Below, one piece after another: positions 18,814-28,394 of a stretch of DNA of 64,000 nucleotides; position 1 is the first letter of the stretch, and every line of letters starts with the position of its first letter. The position numbers and the translations under genes are program-made. Below the pieces are notes generated by a model. It was not told the origin of the DNA. It searched no databases and worked only from the letters and a program-made list of their open reading frames with translations. The stretch comes from an uncultured Methanosarcinales archaeon. GTDB taxonomy: Archaea; Nanobdellota; Nanobdellia; Woesearchaeales; ARS49. The DNA is taken from NCBI GenBank assembly GCA_964354285.1, contig CAYGYR010000001.1, forward strand, positions 326,424-390,423, given 5' to 3'.

Positions 18814-20127
18814 TTATTTAACCTTTCTAACTTTTTTGCTGTTATCGGTTAAATTGGTTAATTTTTGCTTAAGGACAGAATAATTCACAGGATTCTTAAT
18901 CCTAGAGCAGAAATTGTCAGGATTGCATACATGCATATCAAGATAGTAAGACTTGTTTGCACAATTTGGCGGCAGGACTTTCTTGTTGTTAGCCTTATGG
19001 TATCTGAGTTGCCCCTTCACAATAACCTCTCTCAACGGCTCTGGGTTTTTCTTGTTCCATGCATCAAGCAGCTGCTCTATCTTTTCATGCTCCCAGCCGC
19101 AGCTTGTCAAGAAATTCACGAGGACAAACAGCGAGCGCTTCTTTCCATCCTGAAGGCCCAGGAGGATCTTCTGTATGCATGGCGGGAAATACTGCTCAGG
19201 AACAGCCTCCTCAGGAGCTGAAAACTCCTCTTGTTTCGTGATCTTGATTTCTTCCTCTTCTATTTTTGAGTCAAAGGCCTGGATAATAAGTTTCTTTGCC
19301 TCATTCGGCTTTGGTTTTTTCTCTTCCAGGAACTTCATCTTTACCTCTACATTCGCAGGGTTAGCGTCGTTTGTGTCAAAGGAAAGGATATTGTTAGGCT
19401 TTATAGGGACGCTTATCAAGCCAGATTTTTCATTAAAAGAATAAGGCATCCTGTACAGGTGCCTGGTCGCGATAAGCACAGTATCAATCTGCAGAATAGA
19501 GAAGGGATCAAACTCCTTATTTTTTATGACCTCATTAAACTGCTTGCCTGTCCTTTTGCATATCTTCGCTATATCCTCGAACTCAAGAAGCTTTTTTGCA
19601 AAAAGAGGCCGTATCATTTCAGCAAGGTAAACCGCAATCTTTTTTGGCCCGTCTGGAAACAAGAATCTGGTCGGCTTTCCGTGAACATTCTCAGGAAAAG
19701 AGGCAAAAGGAACAGCGATGTGAAATCCATGATTGCCAGAGAACTTGACAGCGAGGTTTTCAATGCCATGATAGTTCAGGGCCTGAACAATAAGGTCAGC
19801 AGCAATCCTTGAATAATCAAGAATAGGGCAGTCGACATCAAGAACAAGATCCCAGCCCTTCCTGAGATCATCAAGCTCTTCTTTTTTCAGGTTAGGGTTT
19901 AGCTGCAGGGGGTTTGTCCATAACTCTTCAGAGCAATGGAAGCTTGATGCACCCTGCTTGACAAACTCAAGAACATCCTTTGAGTGCCTTACAACATCAG
20001 GCCTTTTGCCATACCCTTTCTCACCATATTTTATAGCAACCTCTTTATCCTCTGCAGCCCCGACAATAGCAGCGCGGACATCCTCTCTTTTGTAATACTT
20101 CAGTAAAGTGCTCAGATGTATTTGCAT
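18814..20127 (-). CDS. priS: DNA primase: catalytic PriS fused to a PriL-like C-terminal Fe-S domain
   Basis: AEP motifs: LVLDVD (motif I), SGNHGFHIAV (motif II), TRHLYRMPYSFN (motif III). The C-terminal 130 aa carries FPPCIQ plus three further Cys (TSCGW, PPNCANK, HVCNPDNFC), resembling the PriL 4Fe-4S domain. Confidence 0.75.
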   Translation of the reverse strand: MQIHLSTLLKYYKREDVRAAIVGAAEDKEVAIKYGEKGYGKRPDVVRHSKDVLEFVKQGASSFHCSEELWTNPLQLNPNLKKEELDDLRKGWDLVLDVDCPILDYSRIAADLIVQALNYHGIENLAVKFSGNHGFHIAVPFASFPENVHGKPTRFLFPDGPKKIAVYLAEMIRPLFAKKLLEFEDIAKICKRTGKQFNEVIKNKEFDPFSILQIDTVLIATRHLYRMPYSFNEKSGLISVPIKPNNILSFDTNDANPANVEVKMKFLEEKKPKPNEAKKLIIQAFDSKIEEEEIKITKQEEFSAPEEAVPEQYFPPCIQKILLGLQDGKKRSLFVLVNFLTSCGWEHEKIEQLLDAWNKKNPEPLREVIVKGQLRYHKANNKKVLPPNCANKSYYLDMHVCNPDNFCSRIKNPVNYSVLKQKLTNLTDNSKKVRKVK

Positions 20128-20192
20128 TTTATTTTTTTAAGCTTAAATTCCCCCAAAAGATTAAAAACTAAATTATATTTATATGCTTTGCG

Positions 20193-20546
20193 ATGGAATT
20201 TGACCAGTGGCTTGAAAAACTTAAGAAAGAAAATAAACTAATATTAGTAGAAGGCATAAAAGACAAGAGAGCACTAGAGAGCCTCGGCCTGACTAATATA
20301 ATAACCCTGCGGCAGAAACCATTGTTCCAAGTTGTTGAAGAGGTTGCAGCACAGGCAAAAGATGTAATAATCCTGACAGACCTTGACAAAGAAGGGAAAA
20401 CACTGTTCGCAAAACTAAGCAAAGATCTGCAAAAGCTTGGAGTGAGAGTTGATAAAAAATTTAGGGAGTTCTTGTTTAAAGAGACAAAGCTCAGGCAGAT
20501 AGAGGGGATAAGAAGGTATGTGGCGAAGCTTCCTGAAACTTTATAA
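20193..20546 (+). CDS. small Toprim-domain protein
   Basis: LILVEGIKDKRAL (the Toprim Glu) and DVIILTDLDKEG (DxD). 117 aa. Divergently transcribed from the primase gene. Confidence 0.65.
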   Translation: MEFDQWLEKLKKENKLILVEGIKDKRALESLGLTNIITLRQKPLFQVVEEVAAQAKDVIILTDLDKEGKTLFAKLSKDLQKLGVRVDKKFREFLFKETKLRQIEGIRRYVAKLPETL

Positions 20547-20563
20547 GCTTAGAAAAATTTCAA

Positions 20564-21004
20564 ATGCGCATGCTTAATGCTAGTGAGTCATTTCGTGCAC
20601 ACTTGGAGGCATTACTAACAGTAACTCCCGTAGAAAGCGGGCAGTCTCATCTTGCAGAGGAATTAGTTGCAGATTTTTTGAACCGATATCCAATAGATGG
20701 CCTTGCTTATTTGCAATCATATCTTCTTAGGAAAGAAAATCTGAGCATTGCTGATAAGAGAAATATTGCTGACACTTTAATTCTTTTTGGGCGAATGCCA
20801 CAAACTTTAGTTGGCAATTTAGGTTATGATATTGCTTCAAAAGCTCTTCAATCTGAAGAATTGCGCATTCGTGATGCAGCAGTCGGAGCATTGGAATGTT
20901 GGGGTGGCAAAAGCGCAGTAGAAATTCTTGAAAAACATCACGAAACTGTAGATTGGTTAGCTGAATACATTAGCAAAATAATCAAAGAAATGAAGAACTG
21001 CTAA
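20564..21004 (+). CDS. HEAT-like repeat protein (hypothetical)
   Basis: Helical repeats (IRDAAVGALECWGGKSAVEIL). No catalytic motif. Confidence 0.4.
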   Translation: MRMLNASESFRAHLEALLTVTPVESGQSHLAEELVADFLNRYPIDGLAYLQSYLLRKENLSIADKRNIADTLILFGRMPQTLVGNLGYDIASKALQSEELRIRDAAVGALECWGGKSAVEILEKHHETVDWLAEYISKIIKEMKNC

Positions 21005-21090
21005 ATTCAGTTTTCTGGCTTTTTTTACATTCTGCTTTGGAATTCACAAACTTTAAATAGCTATATATTACTTTCAGAAATGGATACAAA

Positions 21091-21936
21091 ATGTGGAACC
21101 AAATTAAAACAATAATTTTGCTCGGTCTTTTATCAGGAGTATTGCTGGCAGTCGGCTATTTAATCGGGGGAATGAATGGCTTGACAATATCCCTTGCTAT
21201 TGCAATCCTCATGAACTTTGGGTCATATTTCTACTCAGACAAACTGGTTATTGCAATGTACGGAGCAAAAGAAGCAAAAAAATCAGATTATCCAAAGCTT
21301 CACAAGATTGTTGAAGAAGTCGCGCAGAATGCAGGAATACCAAAACCAAAAGTCTTCATAGTGCCTACAGAAACTCCAAATGCATTTGCAACAGGAAGAA
21401 ACCCAAAGCATGCAGTCATTGCATGCACAGAAGGAATAATGAAACTTCTCGACGATAAAGAACTTAGGGGAGTTATTGCGCATGAGATAAGCCACGTTAA
21501 AAATCGAGACATCCTGATTACAACAATAGCTGCAACAATCGCGACAGTAATATCTTATGCTGCTTACATGGCAAGATTCGCAGCAATCTTCGGGGGAAAT
21601 AGGAATGATGACAACAGCGGCAATGCACTCACAATCCTTGTGCTTGCAATACTCACTCCATTAATCGCAATGATAATACAGCTTGCAATCTCAAGAGGCA
21701 GAGAGTATTTTGCAGATGAAACAGGAGCAAGAACAATAAAAGACTCAAAAGCACTTGCAAGCGCGCTTCATAAGCTCGAAATTGCAAACAGGCAGAACCC
21801 ATTAAGGCACGGAAATGCAACAACAAGCAGCTTGTTTATTGTAAACCCATTCACTGCCAAAGGATTTGTTACATTATTCAGCACACACCCGTCGACTGAT
21901 GAAAGAATAAAAAGATTAAATCAAATAAAGTTCTAA
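21091..21936 (+). CDS. htpX: M48 zinc metalloprotease HtpX homolog
   Basis: N-terminal TM helices. HEISHVKNRD (HExxH). A downstream EYFAD glutamate. Confidence 0.8.
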   Translation: MWNQIKTIILLGLLSGVLLAVGYLIGGMNGLTISLAIAILMNFGSYFYSDKLVIAMYGAKEAKKSDYPKLHKIVEEVAQNAGIPKPKVFIVPTETPNAFATGRNPKHAVIACTEGIMKLLDDKELRGVIAHEISHVKNRDILITTIAATIATVISYAAYMARFAAIFGGNRNDDNSGNALTILVLAILTPLIAMIIQLAISRGREYFADETGARTIKDSKALASALHKLEIANRQNPLRHGNATTSSLFIVNPFTAKGFVTLFSTHPSTDERIKRLNQIKF

Positions 21937-22223
21937 TTATCCCAAAAAATAACAACAGCGTCTTTATTTGTTACTTTTGCTCTAAGTAAACCGCTGAGTT
22001 CTTCTCTTTGGGCTTCATCAATTATCGGCTCTATATCTGTGATGGCTGTCCTCCTGAAGCCTTCTTTTTGGCTCGCCACTTCACCAGAGATAAATCCCGC
22101 AACAACAAGTAGTGGCTTAGAAAACCCTGCCAAAAGAACTTCTTTTCCTTTGTATTGAAATCTGTTTGCAGATGAAACACGTGCATCTGCGTATTCATGT
22201 TCTTGATGATAAAATTGCTTCAT
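21933..22223 (-). CDS. hypothetical protein
   Basis: 96-aa ORF. No motif recognised. Confidence 0.3.
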   Translation of the reverse strand: MKQFYHQEHEYADARVSSANRFQYKGKEVLLAGFSKPLLVVAGFISGEVASQKEGFRRTAITDIEPIIDEAQREELSGLLRAKVTNKDAVVIFWDN

Positions 22224-22505
22224 TTTGTCTTCAACCTCACTATTTTATAGAAATAAGAAGCTCATGCTTTTTAAAGATGTGGGAAAAGAAGAAAATTAAG
22301 AAGTTCAGCTTCTTTTTCATCTGTCATAAAAAAAGTAAAATTTATATGCATATATACTGATGTATTGATAAAACATGAAAAAAGCGCAGGAAAACCTAAA
22401 GTCTGAAAGAATTCTCTTTCCAGAAGATTATCTTTTTCCTGGCTTGCATGAAAAAATCAAGAAACTTCACAAAGAGCCGTTAAAAAAAATAAAAGTACAT
22501 AAAAA

Positions 22506-24335
22506 ATGACCAACGCGCTAATCTTCTTCAATCACAACGATTTCTTCGGGGTAACAAAAAATGGGAAAGAAATCGACGTTGTAGCAATCATTAAAAAAAA
22601 TGCCAGGCAGCTCTATCCAGAAATTTTTAACAAAAAAATTTTACCCCCAGAATTTCCCCCGCCAGAAAGCCTGGAACTGCCCTGGGAAAATGATAACTTG
22701 TGGCAAAAACTGAATGAGGTTAAAAATGCAATGGCGGACTGCATACGCGCAAACCACTACATAACCCCTGAAATCACCGCAAACTTTTACAGTGCACTGA
22801 CATCAGCATTGGCTTATTTACACAAAAACTATTTCAATATTAGAAATCAAATTTTTATATTCGAAAAACTGCTATCATCAAGATATGCAGGCGATTTATA
22901 TAACTTATTTTTCTGGCTTATGGGCGCCAAAAAGTTAGGAATACAGGTATACCTCATGTCAAAAGAGGAATTCCAAGAAGATTATGCAGAAAACCCAGCT
23001 CTAATCCAAGAACTAATCAAAAAAATTGACATCCACGTAACATTTGACCTTGAAAAAAAATATGACTTAGAGCTTGCTTCAAAAATAGTCCAAGAAGGAA
23101 AAGTCATTGTAGGCCACGATGCAGGCGGATTCACGAAAGCGCAGTTCGCTTTCATACCATTCATGCTGAACCAATGGGAAAAATACTGTAAAGGAATGCC
23201 AAAAGAGTATCTTGGAGCAGTACAAGACTTTGTGGAAAAATATGACGGCAAAATGGCGCAATTAATACCGCCATTTGTTTCGATACCTGCCACCACAGGA
23301 TTCACCAAAACATTAGTAACTGTTATGATGGATTTCTTCAGAAAAATAGGCTGCTTAAAGGTAATAGTAAAAGGATCCTACTCTGCAGCAAACAGAGGAA
23401 GCAGTATGACTGATTTGTCAACAGGCCAAGATGTCTACTGCCCATATATCTTACTTGATGTCAATGTAGAACCAGAAACCTGGCTGCTGGAACTGACAAA
23501 TTATCATGCCCGTTATGGGGCAAGAGGATGCATTCTTCTGCAAGCGGTTGTTCGTGATTTTGAAAAAGCAAAAGAGATAGAACAAAGATACGAAGAAGCT
23601 GTTGTACACAAAACAACAGTGGTTGGAGCTGTTGCCTGGAAACAGTGTGTCAAGACAGTATATTATTTCTTCAAGGATTTCTGGAAAAACCCTGAAGTGA
23701 GGGTAATGGGCACGCCAGCGGATCTGCACTATATGTCAAAAAAACCAACAGGCAAAATAGGAACCCTCTCAGAAGAAGGAGCAATAATCGCAAGCCTGGG
23801 AACAGCAATGAAACAAGTGGCGGGCGTTATTTCTTTCGGCAAATTCCGCGAACACAAATTCAGTGATTTAGAAGAAGAATTCTCAGATGTAGATCCGCAT
23901 TTAGACATGGCTGGTGAATTCATAAATCTGATATCCCCTATGGGGGCGCATGCGCTGGATATAGTGTTTGGCAAGATTGAAGAAAAAGGAGAAAGACAGA
24001 TGTATCTTCTTGAAGCAAACGGGAGTTATACCAGAAGCGACCCGATTCCAGTTAATTATTACGCCAACAGAGTCGGGAAAGGAAAGAAAACAATGTTTGA
24101 TGAATATCTTGAATGGGCCCTTGGAATCTGTGAGGGAAATCCTGCGCAAGCAGGAGCTTATACAAAAAAATTGTTCTTTGACTTAGAAAAAAATGAGCGC
24201 GAAAATTATCTCCAAGGGGTGCAGGAGCTCTGGGACAGGGCATACGGCAACCTCATAAGATATCTTATTTTTTGTAATAATGGAACAGCAGTGCTCAAGA
24301 AACCTGCAGCTGCGCCTGAAGCAGTAGCTGTATAA
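22506..24335 (+). CDS. large hypothetical protein, possibly ATP-grasp-like
   Basis: 609 aa. VIVKGSYSAANRGSS resembles the ATP-grasp phosphate loop (K..GS.G.G). MYLLEANGSYTRSDP resembles the C-terminal E.N motif. Weak assignment. Confidence 0.4.
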   Translation: MTNALIFFNHNDFFGVTKNGKEIDVVAIIKKNARQLYPEIFNKKILPPEFPPPESLELPWENDNLWQKLNEVKNAMADCIRANHYITPEITANFYSALTSALAYLHKNYFNIRNQIFIFEKLLSSRYAGDLYNLFFWLMGAKKLGIQVYLMSKEEFQEDYAENPALIQELIKKIDIHVTFDLEKKYDLELASKIVQEGKVIVGHDAGGFTKAQFAFIPFMLNQWEKYCKGMPKEYLGAVQDFVEKYDGKMAQLIPPFVSIPATTGFTKTLVTVMMDFFRKIGCLKVIVKGSYSAANRGSSMTDLSTGQDVYCPYILLDVNVEPETWLLELTNYHARYGARGCILLQAVVRDFEKAKEIEQRYEEAVVHKTTVVGAVAWKQCVKTVYYFFKDFWKNPEVRVMGTPADLHYMSKKPTGKIGTLSEEGAIIASLGTAMKQVAGVISFGKFREHKFSDLEEEFSDVDPHLDMAGEFINLISPMGAHALDIVFGKIEEKGERQMYLLEANGSYTRSDPIPVNYYANRVGKGKKTMFDEYLEWALGICEGNPAQAGAYTKKLFFDLEKNERENYLQGVQELWDRAYGNLIRYLIFCNNGTAVLKKPAAAPEAVAV

Positions 24336-24343
24336 TCTGCTCA

Positions 24344-25105
24344 TTAAGGCTGAGGCTGTAATGGTATAGATTTAGACAAGGCACTAAGCAAACCCCTGAA
24401 GTAATCATAGTGCGTAAGCTTATTGCGGTCCTTTGTGCTTAGCTTTTCATCAATTTCCTCACGGGAGAAGCCTGCTTCTGAAAGCAGAGAAAGATAAATT
24501 TCCAGGTAATCCTTGCCCTTAATGCGGGGGCCGACAGCAGCAACAAGCTGCCTGGCGCGCTTAATATAAAAAATCATCTTCTTAACTGCATCGAGAGACA
24601 TTTCGCGCGAAAAAATACCGCTGTGTGCGCTATAAGCCTTTTTAAAATCAATACTGCCAATCTTGCCAAGGGAGCTTATAAATGCCCCGTAATCAAAAAC
24701 AAGAGGAACATGGTTTTTATTAATCATATCCCCTGTAAAAAGCACATCATCTACAAGAACTGAAATATCACCAGACTCGCAATGACCTGGTGTCTTGTAA
24801 ACATTCAAGCAAGCCCCATTAAGATCAATTGAAACATTATCTTTTTTTACATTATCAAAAGAAGGCGGAGCTACGTGTTGGGTGCCTTTGAAATAACGCT
24901 CGTTCAATGTATGGTCGAGATGAAGGTGCGTATAAACAAGATGCTTAACAGGCTTTCTTAAGGTAATGCAGAGATCATTGATATCAGAAACTATCTCTTT
25001 ATTGTATCCAGGATCAATAACAATAAGAGATTCTGGGCCTTCAACTACTCCTGCAGTGCTCTTTACCCAGACTTTATCAGTTAATTTATAAAGCATATTA
25101 GTCAC
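24344..25105 (-). CDS. MBL-fold metallo-hydrolase
   Basis: VYTHLHLDHT (HxHxDH). Glyoxalase-II-like size of 253 aa. Confidence 0.7.
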   Translation of the reverse strand: MTNMLYKLTDKVWVKSTAGVVEGPESLIVIDPGYNKEIVSDINDLCITLRKPVKHLVYTHLHLDHTLNERYFKGTQHVAPPSFDNVKKDNVSIDLNGACLNVYKTPGHCESGDISVLVDDVLFTGDMINKNHVPLVFDYGAFISSLGKIGSIDFKKAYSAHSGIFSREMSLDAVKKMIFYIKRARQLVAAVGPRIKGKDYLEIYLSLLSEAGFSREEIDEKLSTKDRNKLTHYDYFRGLLSALSKSIPLQPQP

Positions 25106-25164
25106 GTTACTACTACGTGGTGACTATTTATAAAGCTTTCGGTTCTGGCGGGCTTTCCAACTAG

Positions 25165-27372
25165 TCAGTCCTCATACTCCTTCTCAACAGTATCCTTTAT
25201 TCCTTTTGCTATCTTGTCACCGACTTTATCGACTTTTTTGAGGTCATCTTCAGAAGCATTGATGATACTTTTTACTGACTTGAAATATTTTAAAAGCTCT
25301 TTTGCAGCGCTTGGGCCAACGCTAGGCAGCGAAGAAATAACGTATTCTTGCTGCTCCTTGGGTGTGAGCGGCTTCCTTTCTGTATGCAGTGAGAAATCCT
25401 TATTCTCGTCTTTGCTCTGCTCTCTTTTTGCAATCGCGATAAGTATTCCTGCTGTCTCTTTTGAGTTTTTTGTTTTTATGATAGGGATGCCATAGCTCAC
25501 TGCAATCGTTGCAAGCATTCCCTGGATAGCATTAGGGTGGACGTTCCTCACCGCATAAATGTCTTCCTCACCCTCAATCATTACAATGGGCCGCTCAAAC
25601 TTTCTTTTCAGCTCTTTGAGCTGCTGAAGCAGCCTTCCGTCAACAATAGAATTCACAAAATCATCAACACGCTTCACCTCAACACCAACTCTTGATGAAA
25701 GAATGTAGTCAGCAGAATCAAGCATCTCAAGCTTAAGATTAACTCCAAGATCGCAGAGCTCCTTAAGTATGCCTGAGCTTTTCTCCCTGTAATCTGCAAA
25801 AATCTTTATCTTGCTGTCTTCCTGCGCAAAGCTTGAGAGTGTTGGCTGGCTAGAGAGGCGTGCGCTCACTTTATTTTTGAGAGTGTCGAGAATTGTGTGC
25901 ATCCTTTTTTCCTTATTGAAAGCAGACCATCGATAGCCCTCGTCACGCGTGCCTTTTGCCATCAAAACAATAACCCTGCCTTTTTCCTGTCTTCCAGTCC
26001 TGCCTCTTCTTTGGATTGTCCTTATTGCAGAAGGAATCGGCTCATAGAAAATAACAAGGTCAACTCTCGGAATATCAAGGCCCTCTTCTGCCACAGATGT
26101 TGCGATAAGAACATTGTAAAAACCATCTGAAAACTGCTGCAAAATCTCTATCTGCTTCTTCTGGCTCAAGCCAGTCTCTCTTTTTTTTGCCTGGCCAACA
26201 AAAATGACAGGAAAAACACCCTGTATCTTTGAGATGATATCATAAATTTTTGATGCAGAATCCCTGTATTGCGTGAAAAGAATTATCTTTGCCTTATTGT
26301 TTGCCTTGAATTCCTCTGCAAGAATCTTCTCAAGCTCTGCAAATTTAGGATGCTCAACACCCGCCTCAAAAAGCTTCTGGGTTTTTATGAATGCTGACTT
26401 GAAGTGCAGGTCCTGGACAAGATTTTTTACTGCCTTGACTTTTGTTGTTCCTGCCTCTGAAAAAATCCTTTCCATGTAATTATTCAATGCAGTTATACCC
26501 TGGCTTTCAAGAAGCTCAAGCGCATGCTGCGCTTTCATCAACTCTGCAAGCAGGCTTATTGCACGCATCATCGTGAAGTCTCTCTCGCCAGAAGACATTT
26601 TTGCATGAAACTCTGCCTGCATTGCCAGAAGGTCTTTTTTTGAGAAAAAATCAAAAGACCTGTTTATTCCGAGACTTTTCATGTCATTAAGCTTTGACTT
26701 AAGGCAGTTCTCCAGGAAATGCTTAATCTCAAGGAACTGCTCTGGAAGGTCAACCTTTACCCATTTTATGCTCATCTCCTGTATGTACGGCTGGACATCT
26801 GGGTCTTTGTCTGTCCTTATCTCAACACCTTCTATGAAAAGGTTCTTGCAAACCTCGTCAATCTTCTCAAGGTCAGAGCCAGGAGAAGCTGTAAGGGCCA
26901 AAATCTTCGGAAACTTTGCCTGCTTCATGTACTGTTTTGCAATAAAGACGTAGGCATAATCTCCGACAGCCCTGTGAGCCTCATCAAATACCAGAAGGGA
27001 GACATCTTCAAGGGTTATTTTTCTCGAGATTGTATCATTCTCCAAGCCCTGCGGCGTTGAGAAAATGAATCTTGCACTTTTCCAAATCTCTTCCCTTGTG
27101 CTCGGAGGAACATCTCCTGTAAAGAGGACAAACTTGCTTTCATCAAAAGTGACGTATTTCTTGAACGTGTTTAGGTGCTGCTCTGCAAGAGGCTTTGTCG
27201 GGGCAAGAAACAAAATCTTTGACTGCGGAAAATTTTTCAGGCGCTGGATAGCCAGCAGCATCGCTACTGCAGTCTTGCCCATCCCAGTCGGAAGCACAAC
27301 AAGGCAGTTCTTGTCAACGCATGTAGAGAGTATGGTTTCCTGGTAAAGCCTTGGCTCAAAGTTGTTAAGCAT
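25165..27372 (-). CDS. hef: Hef/FANCM-like helicase-nuclease (SF2 helicase + ERCC4 nuclease + HhH2)
   Basis: Walker A LPTGMGKT. DEAH box. ERCC4 region ADYREKSSG...ADYILSSRVGVEVKRVDDFVNSIVDGRLLQQ. C-terminal HhH2 (SLPSVGPSAAKELLKYF). Confidence 0.8.
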   Translation of the reverse strand: MLNNFEPRLYQETILSTCVDKNCLVVLPTGMGKTAVAMLLAIQRLKNFPQSKILFLAPTKPLAEQHLNTFKKYVTFDESKFVLFTGDVPPSTREEIWKSARFIFSTPQGLENDTISRKITLEDVSLLVFDEAHRAVGDYAYVFIAKQYMKQAKFPKILALTASPGSDLEKIDEVCKNLFIEGVEIRTDKDPDVQPYIQEMSIKWVKVDLPEQFLEIKHFLENCLKSKLNDMKSLGINRSFDFFSKKDLLAMQAEFHAKMSSGERDFTMMRAISLLAELMKAQHALELLESQGITALNNYMERIFSEAGTTKVKAVKNLVQDLHFKSAFIKTQKLFEAGVEHPKFAELEKILAEEFKANNKAKIILFTQYRDSASKIYDIISKIQGVFPVIFVGQAKKRETGLSQKKQIEILQQFSDGFYNVLIATSVAEEGLDIPRVDLVIFYEPIPSAIRTIQRRGRTGRQEKGRVIVLMAKGTRDEGYRWSAFNKEKRMHTILDTLKNKVSARLSSQPTLSSFAQEDSKIKIFADYREKSSGILKELCDLGVNLKLEMLDSADYILSSRVGVEVKRVDDFVNSIVDGRLLQQLKELKRKFERPIVMIEGEEDIYAVRNVHPNAIQGMLATIAVSYGIPIIKTKNSKETAGILIAIAKREQSKDENKDFSLHTERKPLTPKEQQEYVISSLPSVGPSAAKELLKYFKSVKSIINASEDDLKKVDKVGDKIAKGIKDTVEKEYED

Positions 27373-27542
27373 GCCTTCCGAAGGAGCATGTGTTGTTTAA
27401 ATAATTTATGCAAGGCCATGTCTAGTGTCCAGTGCCCAAAAGTACACAGTGTTGTATATTTTTATCAATTTTTGCCAGAAACTTGATATTAGTGTTGTAC
27501 AGAACATAAATGCTTAAATACGAGCTTAACCAATGAAAAAAC

Positions 27543-28394
27543 ATGCTTGATGATAAAATAACCAAAAAAATAAATGATTTTGTCTATGCCAAACCAAGAA
27601 TAATCATGGAGATTGCGCAGCTAATAAACAAGAATTGGAGAACAGCAGACAGATATGTTGAGAAGATCGCAAAAGAGAACGGCGCAATCGCCACAAGAAC
27701 CTTTCGCGGAGGAACAAGAGGGGCGCTGAAACTGGTATTCTGGAATAATATTGAGAAGATACACAGCACAGAATTCCAGGAAAGAATTTTCAAGAAAATA
27801 GAGTCAGGAAGGGAGAAAGAGGATTTCTCACCGATGGACATCTACCAGTATATTGACTGCAATAAGAAAAAAGCATTCCTTGAGGTGCAGGCAGATGAAA
27901 ACGCAAAGATTGAGCAGGACATTGTCTCGCTAATAAGAGGCGCAAAAGAGCAGATATTCATTTTCTCAGGAAACTTGTCCTGGGCAAATGCTGTGCAAGG
28001 AAAAGTGAAAGTTCTTGATGTTCTTGAAGAGGCTGCAAAGAGAAAAGTAGCAATAAAAATACTTACAAGAGTCGACATTGCAAGCATGAGCAACATAGAA
28101 AAAGTTCTTCCGATTAATGAAAAGCTTGGCAGGGAGGCTGTGGAGGTAAGGCACTGCGAGCAGCCGCTGAGATGCATAATTATTGACAACAAGATAGCGC
28201 GATTAAAGGAGATAAAAGACCCTGCAAATTATAAAAAAGGGGAGCTGGCAAAAAAAACATTCATCTTCTACGAGATCTATGATACTGAATGGCTGGAGTG
28301 GCTCAAAAAAGTCTTCTGGAGCCTTTTCAGGCCAGCAATGCCCGCCAGCAAAAGAATAGAAGAAATAAACACAATAACCGTTTTGAAGCTCTAA
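27543..28394 (+). CDS. putative wHTH transcriptional regulator (hypothetical)
   Basis: N-terminal helix-turn-helix-like segment. C-terminal alpha/beta domain. No firm family assignment. Confidence 0.35.
   Translation: MLDDKITKKINDFVYAKPRIIMEIAQLINKNWRTADRYVEKIAKENGAIATRTFRGGTRGALKLVFWNNIEKIHSTEFQERIFKKIESGREKEDFSPMDIYQYIDCNKKKAFLEVQADENAKIEQDIVSLIRGAKEQIFIFSGNLSWANAVQGKVKVLDVLEEAAKRKVAIKILTRVDIASMSNIEKVLPINEKLGREAVEVRHCEQPLRCIIIDNKIARLKEIKDPANYKKGELAKKTFIFYEIYDTEWLEWLKKVFWSLFRPAMPASKRIEEINTITVLKL

Noticed and set aside
25165-27372. idea that the Hef ERCC4 nuclease domain is inactive (ERK replaced by EVK)
   Set aside because: The DxRE, the GDY-like Asp, and the Glu/Lys of the ERK motif and its downstream Asp are all retained (ADYREK..ADYIL..VEVKRVDD). 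There is not enough evidence to call it dead.
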